Positions 30,636 to 41,365 are shown, counted from the first letter of the stretch. The stretch is DNA of 64,000 nt from Bythopirellula sp. (GCA_965216565.1 OZ244170.1:3648001-3712000), one strand, 5' to 3'. Numbers and translations are program-made. The notes: a model not told the origin generated them from the letters alone.

Positions 30636-30855
30636 ACTTCGATTCGTTGTTATGGCTCGTTCTGGAAGCGACGAACGCCTGATCTGATCCTCTTGACTCT
30701 CAAGCATAGGTTGCGCACAGGCCCTAGACGTAAGCTATGCTTTCCACAGAGCGTCTAGATGCCGAGCGATTGTTCCGTCTGTAACGAATCTTCGGATTCG
30801 GGCCCTATCGACATCCGACGGTCACACTGAATTCCCTTTTTCAATTGATTTGATC

Positions 30856-31305
30856 ATGATTCTTTGCCGTCTCCAACAGCTCGCTGCCCTATTAGCCGTT
30901 GGGCTCAGTTTGAGTATGCAGCTCGGCTGCTTCAATGCCGAAGCGCTCATTGAATCGCGGCGTTTAGTCGCAATCAAGGCGAGACTTGAAGAAATCGATC
31001 TCGGCAAGTACCGCATCTCGTTGCCTCAGACCGAGTCGGTCACCGAAACGATTGAAGTCAATTTCCATGTCTTCGGCCAAGTTGCCAACCGCGATATGGA
31101 AACGGTGTCGCAGCTGCTCGAATCGAGTCGGCCTGAAATTCGAGACCAATTACTCGTGGTCACCAGAAATCTTAGCGAGGCTGAACTGGAAGATCCTGAG
31201 TTGTCGTCGCTACGTGAGCACATCGCTAAGGTGGTAAACAACACCCTGGAAGGTGACCCTGTTCAATCGGTCGGCTTCTACAATTTTCGCTACGCGATAT
31301 TCTAG
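30856..31305 (+). CDS. FliL-like putative lipoprotein
   Basis: Lipobox-like QLGC; EIRDQLLVVTR...ELEDPELSSLREHI...VQSVGFYNF. Confidence 0.68.
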   Translation: MILCRLQQLAALLAVGLSLSMQLGCFNAEALIESRRLVAIKARLEEIDLGKYRISLPQTESVTETIEVNFHVFGQVANRDMETVSQLLESSRPEIRDQLLVVTRNLSEAELEDPELSSLREHIAKVVNNTLEGDPVQSVGFYNFRYAIF

Positions 31306-31595
31306 GCCTGCTCTGTATTTGAGCTCTGTTTTTTAGGTGCCGAGCTAAAATCTCTTCTGGTCGTGCACATTTCTCGAAATGCGTGACTCCGCATTGCCTT
31401 CGGCAAGATTCGTCAGGGAATAGTTCACACGGGATTGAAACTAGCTACAATCAATTGCTATAGGACTCCACAATCACTGGGGCCCTCCCCTAGAGTCTTC
31501 CACCCTACCGTCATCTGGCCAATATCAATCCCCCGTTCGTTAGATTGTCTAGCAATTTAACGTGCCCTTGATAACAAAAAGCTGAGGCACGACCG

Positions 31596-33086
31596 ATGAG
31601 TGATCCAAGCAACGTAAGCCGACGTAAGTTTTTTCAATCGAGCGCTGCTACCGCATCGGCCCTGGGCATGGCCGGAACCGTGCTGACCAATACCGGCACA
31701 GCTCATCCAACTCCCAAGGACATAAATGGCCGGCTAGGGATTGGCTTCATCGGTCCCGGCGGGCGAGGTTTCGACGGTCACGTCAAGCCGCTTGCCAAGA
31801 TGCAAAAGAATGGCGAGGCCATTGAGCTCGTTGCCGTCAACGATGTCTACAATGTGCATGCCGATAAAGCTGCGGACCACATCGAAAAAGAGACGGGCAA
31901 GAAACCCAAGCAGTACAAGAATTACCACGAGCTTCTGGCTGACCCAAGAGTCGATGCCGTCTGCATTGGCACGCCCGATCACTGGCATGCCCGACAAACA
32001 ATCGATGCGCTCAAGGCCGGCAAGCATGTCTACTGTGAAAAGCCGATGACCCACTCCGTCGAGGAAGCATTCGACGTGGTGAAAGCATGGAAAGAGTCTG
32101 GCAAGGTGATGCAAGTTGGCGTTCAGTCCACTTCGCTACCCATCTGGGACAACGCGAACTTGCTCATTCGACAAGGCAAATTGGGCAAGGTGCTCATGTT
32201 CCAAACAGAATTCTTCCGCAATTCGGTCATGGGACAATGGCGTTACTACGAACTCAAGAAGGAAATGTCGCCCAAGAATATCGATTGGAAGCAGTGGCTG
32301 GGCACCGAGGAAGGCTTGGCCCCCAAGATGCCTTTCGACCGTGCTATCTATGCCCAATGGCGTCGCTTCTGGCCATTTGGATCCGGCATGTATACCGATC
32401 TGTTTGTCCATCGCACCACCTCGATGCTCAAAGCCACAGGCTTGCGATTCCCGGAACGTGTCGTTGGTTCCGGGGGGATCTATCTAGAATACGATGGCAG
32501 GGACGTGCCCGACGTGGCCACCGTGCTGGCCGACTATGGCGAAGGTGTGCAAGGAATGATCTCGGCAACCATGTGTTGTGCCAACACCCCAATTCGTCAA
32601 CTGATTCGCGGACACCACGGATCGCTGGTATTCGGAAATGGAGAAGACTTCGGCGGCTTCAACTTTGTCGCCGAGCGTCCACAAGTGACGTTGGATAGTT
32701 CCATTAAGGACGAAGAGTTCAAAACTGGTAAGTTAAAGAACTCCACCTACGAGCATCAATGGAATTTTGTGCAGTGCTGTTTGAATAACACACCGTATCT
32801 GGCCAATTGTCCTCCGGACTTGGGTGCCGCAGCTATCGTGACCGTCAATCTTGGGTCGCGTAGTTATCGCGAAGGAAAGGTGTTCCACTTCGATCCCAAA
32901 ACAAACAAGGTTGCCAATGGCGACGAATCGTGGGCAAAGCGTTGGGAGAAAATGTCGAAGAATCGCGAAGAACCCAAACACGTTTTCGGCTGGCAGGCCG
33001 GCGACACTGGTAGCACCCTCCAAGAACCTGAGTATCAGTCGTTGGAAGGCCCCTGGATCGATGGCAAGGATCCTGCGATCACCTAG
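31596..33086 (+). CDS. Tat-exported Gfo/Idh/MocA family oxidoreductase
   Basis: SRRKFF Tat motif, IGPGGRG, TPDHWH, GKHVYCEKPM. Confidence 0.93.
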   Translation: MSDPSNVSRRKFFQSSAATASALGMAGTVLTNTGTAHPTPKDINGRLGIGFIGPGGRGFDGHVKPLAKMQKNGEAIELVAVNDVYNVHADKAADHIEKETGKKPKQYKNYHELLADPRVDAVCIGTPDHWHARQTIDALKAGKHVYCEKPMTHSVEEAFDVVKAWKESGKVMQVGVQSTSLPIWDNANLLIRQGKLGKVLMFQTEFFRNSVMGQWRYYELKKEMSPKNIDWKQWLGTEEGLAPKMPFDRAIYAQWRRFWPFGSGMYTDLFVHRTTSMLKATGLRFPERVVGSGGIYLEYDGRDVPDVATVLADYGEGVQGMISATMCCANTPIRQLIRGHHGSLVFGNGEDFGGFNFVAERPQVTLDSSIKDEEFKTGKLKNSTYEHQWNFVQCCLNNTPYLANCPPDLGAAAIVTVNLGSRSYREGKVFHFDPKTNKVANGDESWAKRWEKMSKNREEPKHVFGWQAGDTGSTLQEPEYQSLEGPWIDGKDPAIT

Positions 33087-33121
33087 GGAAATCCTTTCCT
33101 TGCGGACGAAGAAGTAATCCC

Positions 33122-34276
33122 GTGCCAAACAATCTTGCCTTCGACGAACTCTCCTCCAGTGCGAACGATCCGGCAGAGCTATTTCGCGTTGTCGGTCGTC
33201 AGCTGGTCGACGCTGGAGAGTTTCATCGACTGTTCGATTTGCGGCTCGTCCAGCGGCGTCACGAACTAGGTCTCTCACCAGAGCCCCATGCAGCGATCGA
33301 TGATCTCGACGAACAGGTTGCCACCAAGCTTGAGCAAGGCTACCTGGATGCCTGCCGTGAGATTGGCCAATTGTTTCTCCAAGCAGGCCAACCACTCGTA
33401 GCCTGGCGCTATTTGCGGCCCACTGGTGAGAAGCGATCGCTGCGGCGATGGCTTTCGAGCGTAGTGCCAAATGAAGAAAACGCCGACGAATTGATCGAGC
33501 TTGCCCTGCACGAAGGGATCGATCCCGAACGTGGCTATGCTTGGTTACTGGCTAGGCGCGGCACATGCCAGGGGATTACTGAACTGGAAGGCATGCAGGG
33601 ACATTTGCCCATCGATCAGCAGGCGGCCTGCGCCACGGTCTTAGTGCGACAACTTCATAAAGAACTCTCTGCAAATCTACGCGGCCATCTCGAGCAACTT
33701 GGCCAGCAGGCAGACGACCACTTATCGGTGCAGCAACTACTTGCCACCTGGCCTCAACTGACCGCCGAAGCTCATTTCCATGTCGACACCTCGCATCTTT
33801 CTACGACTGTTCGCTTTGCGCGACTGCTGACGGAACCCTCCATTCTGGAGAAGGCCATTGAGCTAGCGGATTACGGCGCGCAGCTTGCCGAGGATTATCA
33901 GTATCCCGACCAGCCGCCCTTCGAGGAACTCTATCCGACTCACGGCATGTTTTTCCGCGCAACCCTTGGCCAGGACGTCGATCAGGCCGTTGAGTATTTT
34001 GGGGGTCGTGCCCGCGAGAATTCCGAAGATCAATCAAGCACGGCCGAGATCGAGACTTATCTAATACTACTAGATCGATCTGGTCGCTACGTTCAGGCAT
34101 TGGAAGAGTATGCTTCGCTCGTGCCGGAAGACTGTGAGCTTTCGCCCTATGCGCCCAATCCGCTGGCCCTAGCACGAAAAGGAAACTGTTGGTCTCAATA
34201 TCTCGAACTGTGCCAGTCCCGCGACGATATTGTAGGCTTCGCAGCCGGGAAGCTTCATGAGCAGCGAGATCAATAG
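33122..34276 (+). CDS. Hypothetical helical protein
   Basis: 384-aa ORF co-oriented with the oxidoreductase. Confidence 0.8.
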   Translation: MPNNLAFDELSSSANDPAELFRVVGRQLVDAGEFHRLFDLRLVQRRHELGLSPEPHAAIDDLDEQVATKLEQGYLDACREIGQLFLQAGQPLVAWRYLRPTGEKRSLRRWLSSVVPNEENADELIELALHEGIDPERGYAWLLARRGTCQGITELEGMQGHLPIDQQAACATVLVRQLHKELSANLRGHLEQLGQQADDHLSVQQLLATWPQLTAEAHFHVDTSHLSTTVRFARLLTEPSILEKAIELADYGAQLAEDYQYPDQPPFEELYPTHGMFFRATLGQDVDQAVEYFGGRARENSEDQSSTAEIETYLILLDRSGRYVQALEEYASLVPEDCELSPYAPNPLALARKGNCWSQYLELCQSRDDIVGFAAGKLHEQRDQ

Positions 34277-34307
34277 CTAACTTCGCGACTTACCGGACGA
34301 CCACCGA

Positions 34308-35828
34308 CTACGGACGCTTGCCGGATTGAGGCTCGTCAGAAAAATCTGGCCGACGCCGTCGCGGTCGATCGTCGTTGTCTTCGTTCTCGAATCGACGGGG
34401 GCGTCGCTGGCCATGGGGGGGGCGATCATCTCTGGGGGGAGGAGGCGGGGCCCATCGATCTCCGGGCCGCTGATCGTCACGCTCCCGATCTTCTCGAGAA
34501 AACTCTGGTCGCTGCCTTGGAAGCGAACCGCTATACATTTTACGGAGTTGCTGCTCCATTTTATCTTGCGGCAGGGCCAACAGCGTTTCTTTTGTCGCGG
34601 CATCGACCTCCTCGACAAAAAATCGCTCCAACTCCTGGTCGGGAATACCTTCGCCTTTTTTGTGTGGACCTGGGCGACGACCCTCCGTAGCCACCCAATG
34701 CGCCTCGCGCATCCAGGCTTCGATCTGCATTCGCTTTTGCGGCATCGAAAGCCTCATGAAGGCTTCCGATTTTTCTTCCGGCAAGACACGACGAATGGTG
34801 TCCACCACCTCCATCGCCAGTTCCAAATGCTGCCGAGTCAGAAATTGCCAAAAGCGCTCGCGGGACGATCGTTTTCGTTCGTTTTTTTGATTGTCAATTC
34901 TATCCTGCATAGCTCGAGCTCGAATTGCCTCCAACTGCGGTCGAACTTCTCTGTACAGGGCTAACAGTTCTTCCTCGGTGAGCGTCAGCAGACGTTCTTT
35001 CGATTGCTCTTCAATCATGCGGCTAATTCGACTCAACCTCTTGTCGATGTCCAGCTCTCGCAGTTCAAACTGCTCGCTGGCCGTGAGTCCATGCAGCCAG
35101 TGTTGGTAGGTCAGCATGGTTTCCTGCAATCTGTCGGCGTCCGGAGCACTAACAATCTCCGCGTGCAGAGATCGCAGCCGATCTTGCTGTGTGACGGAGA
35201 GGGCTCGAAAGCGATTGAACTTTGCCCGCAGTTCGACTCGCTGCTCATTTTCTAAGGTGTCTAGCCAATTCTCTCGAGAGTTGTCTGCAATGACTTGCAA
35301 TAGTTGCGAAAGCTCTGCTTCGGTGTGTTCCTTGGCCACGGCGGAATCGATGCCAAGGATATTCTTCAAACGTCTGAGAAACTCGACTTCGCGAAACTGC
35401 GAGTAGATATCAATGTATTGAATCACCGGCAAGTCGGCAGTAAGTTGCTGGTTAACGTCCGGCATGACAAGCCGCGCGACGAGCAACCCCGCCAGAACCG
35501 CTCCTACCGCCAATAGGCCTGTGGCCAAACGCCGCTTGCGCTTCTGCACTGGCACAGCCATCGTCATCTTCCGCACGTCGTTGCCAGCCGATTGGACGAC
35601 CATTTCCATCGTTGTGCGGCTAAAGTTGTCGTCCACCGTTATTCGCGGCAGTTCGTCGAGTGCACCCCAAGCGCGATCCACCCCCTGGAGTTGCCGGCGG
35701 AACTGTTCGTCAGCAGCCAACCGACGCTCCACCTGAGCACTCTCGTCGGGCGAAAGTTCTCCGTCCAGATAAGAGACAATCAGTTCTAATTGCTCTGATT
35801 TCTGATCGTTGGGAATGGGACTGCTCAT
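34308..35828 (-). CDS. Putative anti-sigma factor with TM helix and helical repeat periplasmic domain
   Basis: IVSYLDGELSPDESAQVERRL; TM; W..L...QR repeats; downstream of ECF sigma. Confidence 0.82.
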   Translation of the reverse strand: MSSPIPNDQKSEQLELIVSYLDGELSPDESAQVERRLAADEQFRRQLQGVDRAWGALDELPRITVDDNFSRTTMEMVVQSAGNDVRKMTMAVPVQKRKRRLATGLLAVGAVLAGLLVARLVMPDVNQQLTADLPVIQYIDIYSQFREVEFLRRLKNILGIDSAVAKEHTEAELSQLLQVIADNSRENWLDTLENEQRVELRAKFNRFRALSVTQQDRLRSLHAEIVSAPDADRLQETMLTYQHWLHGLTASEQFELRELDIDKRLSRISRMIEEQSKERLLTLTEEELLALYREVRPQLEAIRARAMQDRIDNQKNERKRSSRERFWQFLTRQHLELAMEVVDTIRRVLPEEKSEAFMRLSMPQKRMQIEAWMREAHWVATEGRRPGPHKKGEGIPDQELERFFVEEVDAATKETLLALPQDKMEQQLRKMYSGSLPRQRPEFSREDRERDDQRPGDRWAPPPPPRDDRPPHGQRRPRRFENEDNDDRPRRRRPDFSDEPQSGKRP

Positions 35829-35865
35829 GTGACTATCGTGTGAGATAACGGATACGGTCCAGGGT

Positions 35866-35899
35866 TCCACTCTCCTCGGGAGAGAGGATAGGCGAAGGG
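35866..35899. repeat. Degenerate solo copy of the DUF559-flanking repeat
   Basis: TCCACTCTCCTCGGGAGAGAGGATAGGCGAAGGG between sigma and anti-sigma. Confidence 0.45.
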
Positions 35900-35927
35900 C
35901 TGAAGTGACAAGTGAACCAAGCCTCCT

Positions 35928-36626
35928 CTAACCCCTCCTCTCCGCAGGCGAGTCACCGAGGCGACCTTTCAACGGAGGGGGATCTGTTAATGAATCTAAT
36001 GGTGCACCGTGCTGGAGGTAGGGCTCCAACACATCACGGAGGTTATTACGAGCACGCGACAATAACGACTTGATGGCCGAGGGCGTCAGCTGCATGACAT
36101 CGGCAATTTCTTCATAGCTAAGGTGTTCAAACTTATTTAGCAGCACCGCCATCCGTTGCCGTTCGTTCAGCGTTGCAATGGCGAGTTTTACGACGTCTCT
36201 CAATTCCGCTTTGTCCAACTGACGGGTGGGCATCAGTCCACTAGCTGCGGTGGCTGTTGCTTCAATCGGGTTGGTGGCGTGCTCCCCACTTTCGCGATTC
36301 ACCAGATTGATTTCCTTTCGGCGAGCCAATCCACGCAGGGCATTCAAGGCAACATTATTAGCAATCGTATATAGCCAAGTGGAAAACTTCGATCCCGGGA
36401 TGTAACGTTTACGGGCACGATAGACGCGCAGGAACACTTCCTGAGCCAAGTCCTCTGCCATGTCGCGACGACCCACTTGGTGCGACATGAGCGACACCAG
36501 ACGATTCTGATATCGTTGCATCAGTTCTTCGAAGGCAGTCGCATTGTCATCGCGCACCTGTAGCATTAACCGCACATCGGGATCTTGTGCAGTGAACCGC
36601 TGGGCGGTGGAATCGCTAATGGCCAA
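35928..36626 (-). CDS. ECF RNA polymerase sigma factor
   Basis: AEDLAQEVF, FSTWLYTIANN, LSYEEIA, IKSLLSRAR. Confidence 0.93.
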   Translation of the reverse strand: MAISDSTAQRFTAQDPDVRLMLQVRDDNATAFEELMQRYQNRLVSLMSHQVGRRDMAEDLAQEVFLRVYRARKRYIPGSKFSTWLYTIANNVALNALRGLARRKEINLVNRESGEHATNPIEATATAASGLMPTRQLDKAELRDVVKLAIATLNERQRMAVLLNKFEHLSYEEIADVMQLTPSAIKSLLSRARNNLRDVLEPYLQHGAPLDSLTDPPPLKGRLGDSPAERRG

Positions 36627-36835
36627 CCGTCTTCTCCGCAGGTCAACTTTTTCGAGCGCCGTTCACCAAGGACGGCCTCTTTATTTCGAATCTAGGATTT
36701 CAGACTTAACACTTGGAGTCTCAGATTCCAATCTCCAAATCCAATGTCTTCAATCCGCAATTCGTTGTGAGTGTCTATAGATAAAACCCCGCGGAGGGAT
36801 ACAGGTTTCGCTGCAGAATTTAATGCGGAAAAGCC

Positions 36836-37588
36836 CTACAACAGGCTCTCCAGCAGCAGTCTGATTTTGCGAAGCTCTGCTCGATGTTCAGTTCCCTCCA
36901 GCGGAGGCATATGGACGGCAAGAGCCCGATTAAAGCCAACTGCGTCGAGCTGCGAGATCAACTTGCCGTAGTCCACTTCTCCTTTGCCGACGCGAACATG
37001 CAACTCCGTCTTGGTCGAGTCTCTCAATTGTACGTGCATGGTGTAAGGAATCACCTTCGAGAAATCGCGCCCTTGCCGCGGACCTGTGATGTAATGACTA
37101 GGATCGAGAGACAGTCCTAGGCCTTTCACATTGTCGCACAGTACGACTGCGGTGTCGGGATCTTCAGTCATACAGCCAATCTGAGTTTTCATCGCCACCA
37201 GACAACCTTCGAATGATGCGATACGCACGAGCTCTCTCAGCCGCTCGATTTCTGCATTGAAGGGCGTACCCAATTCGGCCGCTGGGACCACCAGAGGTAC
37301 CACCTTCATCGCCTTGGCAAGTTTTGCACAGGCAGCAAACTGCTCGTAGTACTCCTGGCCTTCGCAAGATTGTTCGACGCTAAAAGCCGCCACGGTCAAA
37401 CGATGATTGTCGCGGCAAGTCTCAAGAGCCTTATCAGGATCGGAGAGCACGACGGACGGCTGGACCCAACCACTCTGATCTTCGTGAAGGGGGATTTCAA
37501 CCGCGACAAATTCCAAGTCTACTAATGTTGGTAGAACTTCTTCGCGAGGCTGATTGGGGAAACATTCTGTCGACGCACAAACGATCAA
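36836..37588 (-). CDS. Sugar phosphate isomerase/epimerase (xylose isomerase-like TIM barrel)
   Basis: LSLDPSHY, HVQLRD, VGKGEVDY motifs. Confidence 0.8.
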   Translation of the reverse strand: MIVCASTECFPNQPREEVLPTLVDLEFVAVEIPLHEDQSGWVQPSVVLSDPDKALETCRDNHRLTVAAFSVEQSCEGQEYYEQFAACAKLAKAMKVVPLVVPAAELGTPFNAEIERLRELVRIASFEGCLVAMKTQIGCMTEDPDTAVVLCDNVKGLGLSLDPSHYITGPRQGRDFSKVIPYTMHVQLRDSTKTELHVRVGKGEVDYGKLISQLDAVGFNRALAVHMPPLEGTEHRAELRKIRLLLESLL

Positions 37589-38048
37589 AGGGGGAACTCC
37601 TCTCGGCTAGGGAGGCTACTTTTGGAATCAGAGCATCTATCGTGGAAACATCTAGGTTGATTCCTGGCGGGCCTACACCCAGCGGATTGCAAAACTGAAC
37701 TTCAGGATTATCTAGGAAGAGCCCAAATACCTGGGGACCACTTCCTGGCAAGTAATTTAGCGTGAATCGAGCCTGCGAAGCAACACCGCGACGGTTGCCA
37801 GCAGTCGTTGTCTCTGGCCGAGGTGCCAGTAGAATAGTGAAAATGTCTTCGGCCTATTCAGCACAGCGCTAGGAATAAACTCTTTCGCAAGGTTTTTCCC
37901 GCTGAATCCAGGATATCCCTTAGATTCGGTGGCTCGATAGCGTCGCATTGCACCCCTAGAGCCAGACCGCTTGAAAACCTGTCCATGACCCCGCCCTAGC
38001 CGGCGTCTCCAACTATTACCCGGCACATCATCTCCACCGGAGCCTACT

Positions 38049-39128
38049 ATGTCGTCCGCATCGCCACCCGGCCCACCCTCGTCCCCGCCGCAGCAGGTAG
38101 TCATCCAGCAGCAGCAATCGGCTTTGGGCCGTTATGGAAAGTACGTCCTGATGCTACTCATTTTTTGCGTGATGGCACTCATTGGGTTACAAGCCCGCTA
38201 CGAAAGCTACTTCAGCAAGCCCGGCGAGCCCCAGGAGAAGTACCATTCGCTGAGCAAAGAAGCCACTAAGAAAGTCGCGGTCGTCAGCGTCTCTGGGACG
38301 ATCGTCGAAGGCAACGATTTTGTCAAAAAGCAAATCGATCAGGTTAAGAAAGACAAAGATGTCGTGGCAGTCGTATTGCGGATCGACTCTCCTGGCGGCA
38401 CCGTGACTTACAGCGATTATCTCTACCACCATCTCCGTGAGCTAACCACCCAGGAAGACCGCCAGCTACCGATGGTCGTCAGCATGGGCAGTATGTGTGC
38501 CAGCGGAGGCTACTACATGGCCATGGCTGTGGGGGACGAAGAGAACACCATCTTTGCTGAGCCAACAACGTGGACCGGTTCCATCGGCGTAGTCATCCCG
38601 CACTACGATCTCTCAGGTTTGCTGGCTACCTATAGCGTGAAAGACGACTCGATCGCCAGTCACAAGAACAAACTCATGGGTAGTCCGACACGTGAGTTAA
38701 CAACCGAAGAGCGTGCCGAAGAACGCGAGTTGCTCCAGAATCTGGTCAACATCAGCTTCGAGCGATTCAAAGACATCGTTCGAGCCGGACGTCCACATTT
38801 GGCTGAAGATGATGAAGCGTTAGACAAGGTTGCCACAGGGCAGATTTTTACGGCCACACAGGCACTCGAACTCGGGCTCGTTGATAACATTGGGTTTATC
38901 GAAGAAGCTATCGAGCGCGCCGCTGAGCTTGCCGATCGCGATCCGAAAAAACTGCGCTGCATCGAGTATGAAGAGCCACCGATGACGGTCAGCGACCTAT
39001 TGAGTGCCCAACCCGCCAAACGCAACATTCTCAGCGGTGATCTCCAGGCTTTGCTGGACCTTACGGCCCCCAGGGCATACTACCTCTGCACTTGGCTGCC
39101 GTCTGTTCTCTCCAACTCGAACCCTTAG
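38049..39128 (+). CDS. sppA: Signal peptide peptidase SppA (S49)
   Basis: LRIDSPGG, CASGGYY, TGSIGV, ALELGLVD. Confidence 0.92.
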   Translation: MSSASPPGPPSSPPQQVVIQQQQSALGRYGKYVLMLLIFCVMALIGLQARYESYFSKPGEPQEKYHSLSKEATKKVAVVSVSGTIVEGNDFVKKQIDQVKKDKDVVAVVLRIDSPGGTVTYSDYLYHHLRELTTQEDRQLPMVVSMGSMCASGGYYMAMAVGDEENTIFAEPTTWTGSIGVVIPHYDLSGLLATYSVKDDSIASHKNKLMGSPTRELTTEERAEERELLQNLVNISFERFKDIVRAGRPHLAEDDEALDKVATGQIFTATQALELGLVDNIGFIEEAIERAAELADRDPKKLRCIEYEEPPMTVSDLLSAQPAKRNILSGDLQALLDLTAPRAYYLCTWLPSVLSNSNP

Positions 39129-39156
39129 CCAAAACACGTTACGGTCGCTTATCTTC

Positions 39157-40221
39157 ATGCCGCATTTGTTAAATGACATCGATCAGTTGCTTGGCGACTG
39201 CATTGCGAAGTTGTGCCTGCCAAAATTCCGCGCGGGACAGGTGCGCAATTGGCTCTTTAAGCGTCGGGCAACCGATTGGCAGGACATGACCGATCTGCCC
39301 AAGCCACTTCGGACTGAATTGGCTCACGAGTTGCCGCTGTGGACGACAGAAATCGTCCGCCATACCAAGGCAGACGACGGCACAGAAAAGCTCCTGCTCC
39401 AGCTAGCCGACGGCGGACAAGTCGAGTGCGTGCTACTCCGCGATCAGGTGCGTCGCACCATCTGCGTCAGCAGCCAGGTGGGATGCGGTATGGGGTGCGT
39501 GTTCTGCGCAAGTGGCCTCGACGGCGTTGATCGCAATCTGACGACCGGGGAAATCGTCGAGCAAATGCTCCGCCTGCAGTTATTGCTCGACGAGGACGAA
39601 CGTCTCAGCCATATCGTGATGATGGGAATGGGCGAACCGCTGGCCAATCTCGACGCAGTGCTGTCAGCCTTGGACGAGGCTCACCGCGACGACGGTCTGG
39701 AAATCAGTGGTCGCCGGATCACAATTTCGACTGTGGGCCTGCCCCAAGCTATTGATCGCCTGGCAAAGCTCGATGCACCCTATCGCTTGGCAATCTCGCT
39801 GCACGCACCCAACGACGAGCTCCGCGACGAGCTGGTGCCCGTCAATGACAAAATCGGTCTTACCGACATCATGGCCGCAGCCGATCGGTACTTCGCCGTC
39901 TCAGGAAGACGCATGACCTACGAATACGTCTTGCTCGCGGAATTGAACGACCGACCGGAACACGCCCGACAACTCGTCACGCTGCTCAAGGGACGCGAGG
40001 CACTAGTGAACGTGATTCCATACAACCCGGTCGCCGGGCTGCCTTACCAAACTCCCAGCAGACGTCGTCAACAAGAGTTCCGCCAAATCTTGGAGAACGG
40101 TGGCATCCGCGTGCAATTCCGACACCGCAAGGGCGATCGCATCGATGCCGCCTGCGGCCAACTGCGTCGCTCGCAATTGCAACAGCCGGTCGTTAATATC
40201 GACACCACTCCCACATCATAG
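39157..40221 (+). CDS. rlmN: 23S rRNA/tRNA m2A methyltransferase RlmN (radical SAM)
   Basis: CVSSQVGCGMGCVFC, MGMGEP, DAACGQL. Confidence 0.95.
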   Translation: MPHLLNDIDQLLGDCIAKLCLPKFRAGQVRNWLFKRRATDWQDMTDLPKPLRTELAHELPLWTTEIVRHTKADDGTEKLLLQLADGGQVECVLLRDQVRRTICVSSQVGCGMGCVFCASGLDGVDRNLTTGEIVEQMLRLQLLLDEDERLSHIVMMGMGEPLANLDAVLSALDEAHRDDGLEISGRRITISTVGLPQAIDRLAKLDAPYRLAISLHAPNDELRDELVPVNDKIGLTDIMAAADRYFAVSGRRMTYEYVLLAELNDRPEHARQLVTLLKGREALVNVIPYNPVAGLPYQTPSRRRQQEFRQILENGGIRVQFRHRKGDRIDAACGQLRRSQLQQPVVNIDTTPTS

Positions 40222-40252
40222 AGCCAGTGCTCAACGAACGACCGCACCTCAA

Positions 40253-41278
40253 TTACTGGGGATCGTTGCCGTTATCTAACCGGTCTCGCATCTCCTCCAG
40301 TTGCTGCTCGAGTTGTTCCATCCGTTCCATCACCCGATCGCGCTGTTCGTTCCCGAAGCCAAATCCGCGGCCATTGCCTTCTTCAAAGATACGAGGCATG
40401 CGGAACTGTAGGTTCTCTTCGAGTCCTTCGAGATTCCCAAAGTTGAACCCTGGCAGTCGGTTGTTCGACAGCGCTTTCACGCGGGCGCGGATTTCCTCGG
40501 GAAGTTCTTGCAAGGCTGCATCGTCGTCCCCCTCGATCGTCCAAGTCTCGTCACCCTTCTTAACGACAATCTTCGCGGGCTCGTTATTCTTGCGGGTGAT
40601 ATTCACCGAGTAACCGCCTGGCAGTGCATTGTTGGTTTCCCACTGTCCGTTGAAGTTGAGTCCCGCGCCGGGGAAGATCCGGAAAGCGTTATTCCGCCCT
40701 TGCATCAAATCGCCAAACATGTCTCCCTCGCCTCCAAAACCAAAGCCCCGATTGGACTGCTCAGTCAACAAATCAACCGATCGCTCCTCGGGAACAACGA
40801 CTATCGTCTCTTCCTTCGAAAGCCGAATCAGCCGCAGTTCTAGTGGCTTACCCTCACTCGCGCGGACCACTTCGGAAAGCTGTTCCATCGACTGCAATGC
40901 CTCGCCGTTAACACGAAGCAAGATGTCGTGCTGCCGTAGACCTGCTTTTGCCGCGGGGCTCTCGGGCACGACTTGCTCAATCACCACGCCCATGTCGGCG
41001 GCCAATTGGAATTGAGTTCGCAAAACTGGTTCCTCGACATTCCGGCCACGTAGTCCCACCCAATAGGCGGTCTGCTCGGATTGCTCACCTTCCTCCGGGT
41101 CGTTCTCACGAATTTCCGGCAAATCGTCATTGGCGGTGGGAGCGATTTCTACGATCCTTCCCTCAGGTTCTTCTAGGGCTGCCGCCGAAGCAATCTCGGA
41201 ATTGGCCATACCGAATCCCATCACCATGGCAAGCGATGCCAGGCAAACAATTTCCCAAGATAGTCTTGTTTGTTTCAT
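40253..41278 (-). CDS. Secreted PDZ-domain protein
   Basis: Signal peptide; VVPESPAAKAGLRQHDILLRVNG. Confidence 0.85.
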   Translation of the reverse strand: MKQTRLSWEIVCLASLAMVMGFGMANSEIASAAALEEPEGRIVEIAPTANDDLPEIRENDPEEGEQSEQTAYWVGLRGRNVEEPVLRTQFQLAADMGVVIEQVVPESPAAKAGLRQHDILLRVNGEALQSMEQLSEVVRASEGKPLELRLIRLSKEETIVVVPEERSVDLLTEQSNRGFGFGGEGDMFGDLMQGRNNAFRIFPGAGLNFNGQWETNNALPGGYSVNITRKNNEPAKIVVKKGDETWTIEGDDDAALQELPEEIRARVKALSNNRLPGFNFGNLEGLEENLQFRMPRIFEEGNGRGFGFGNEQRDRVMERMEQLEQQLEEMRDRLDNGNDPQ

Positions 41279-41333
41279 CCTTCTTCTCCTTCAATTCTGC
41301 TCAGCTAATTAGCGTAAATACGAATTCAACAAT

Positions 41334-41364
41334 CTCCTTCCCTAATTCAGGGGAGGATTGAGGA
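41334..41364. repeat. Degenerate solo copy of the DUF559-flanking repeat
   Basis: CTCCTTCCCTAATTCAGGGGAGGATTGAGGA right after the anti-sigma stop. Confidence 0.4.
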
Positions 41365-41365
41365 C

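Noticed and set aside
32733..33470. 245-aa minus-strand ORF (likewise 13659-14390 and 9521-10192)
   Set aside because: Shadow ORFs opposite well-supported genes, with no recognisable motifs
37757..38104. 115-aa minus-strand ORF upstream of sppA
   Set aside because: Overlaps the sppA start on the opposite strand, has no motifs, and probably spans a divergent promoter region
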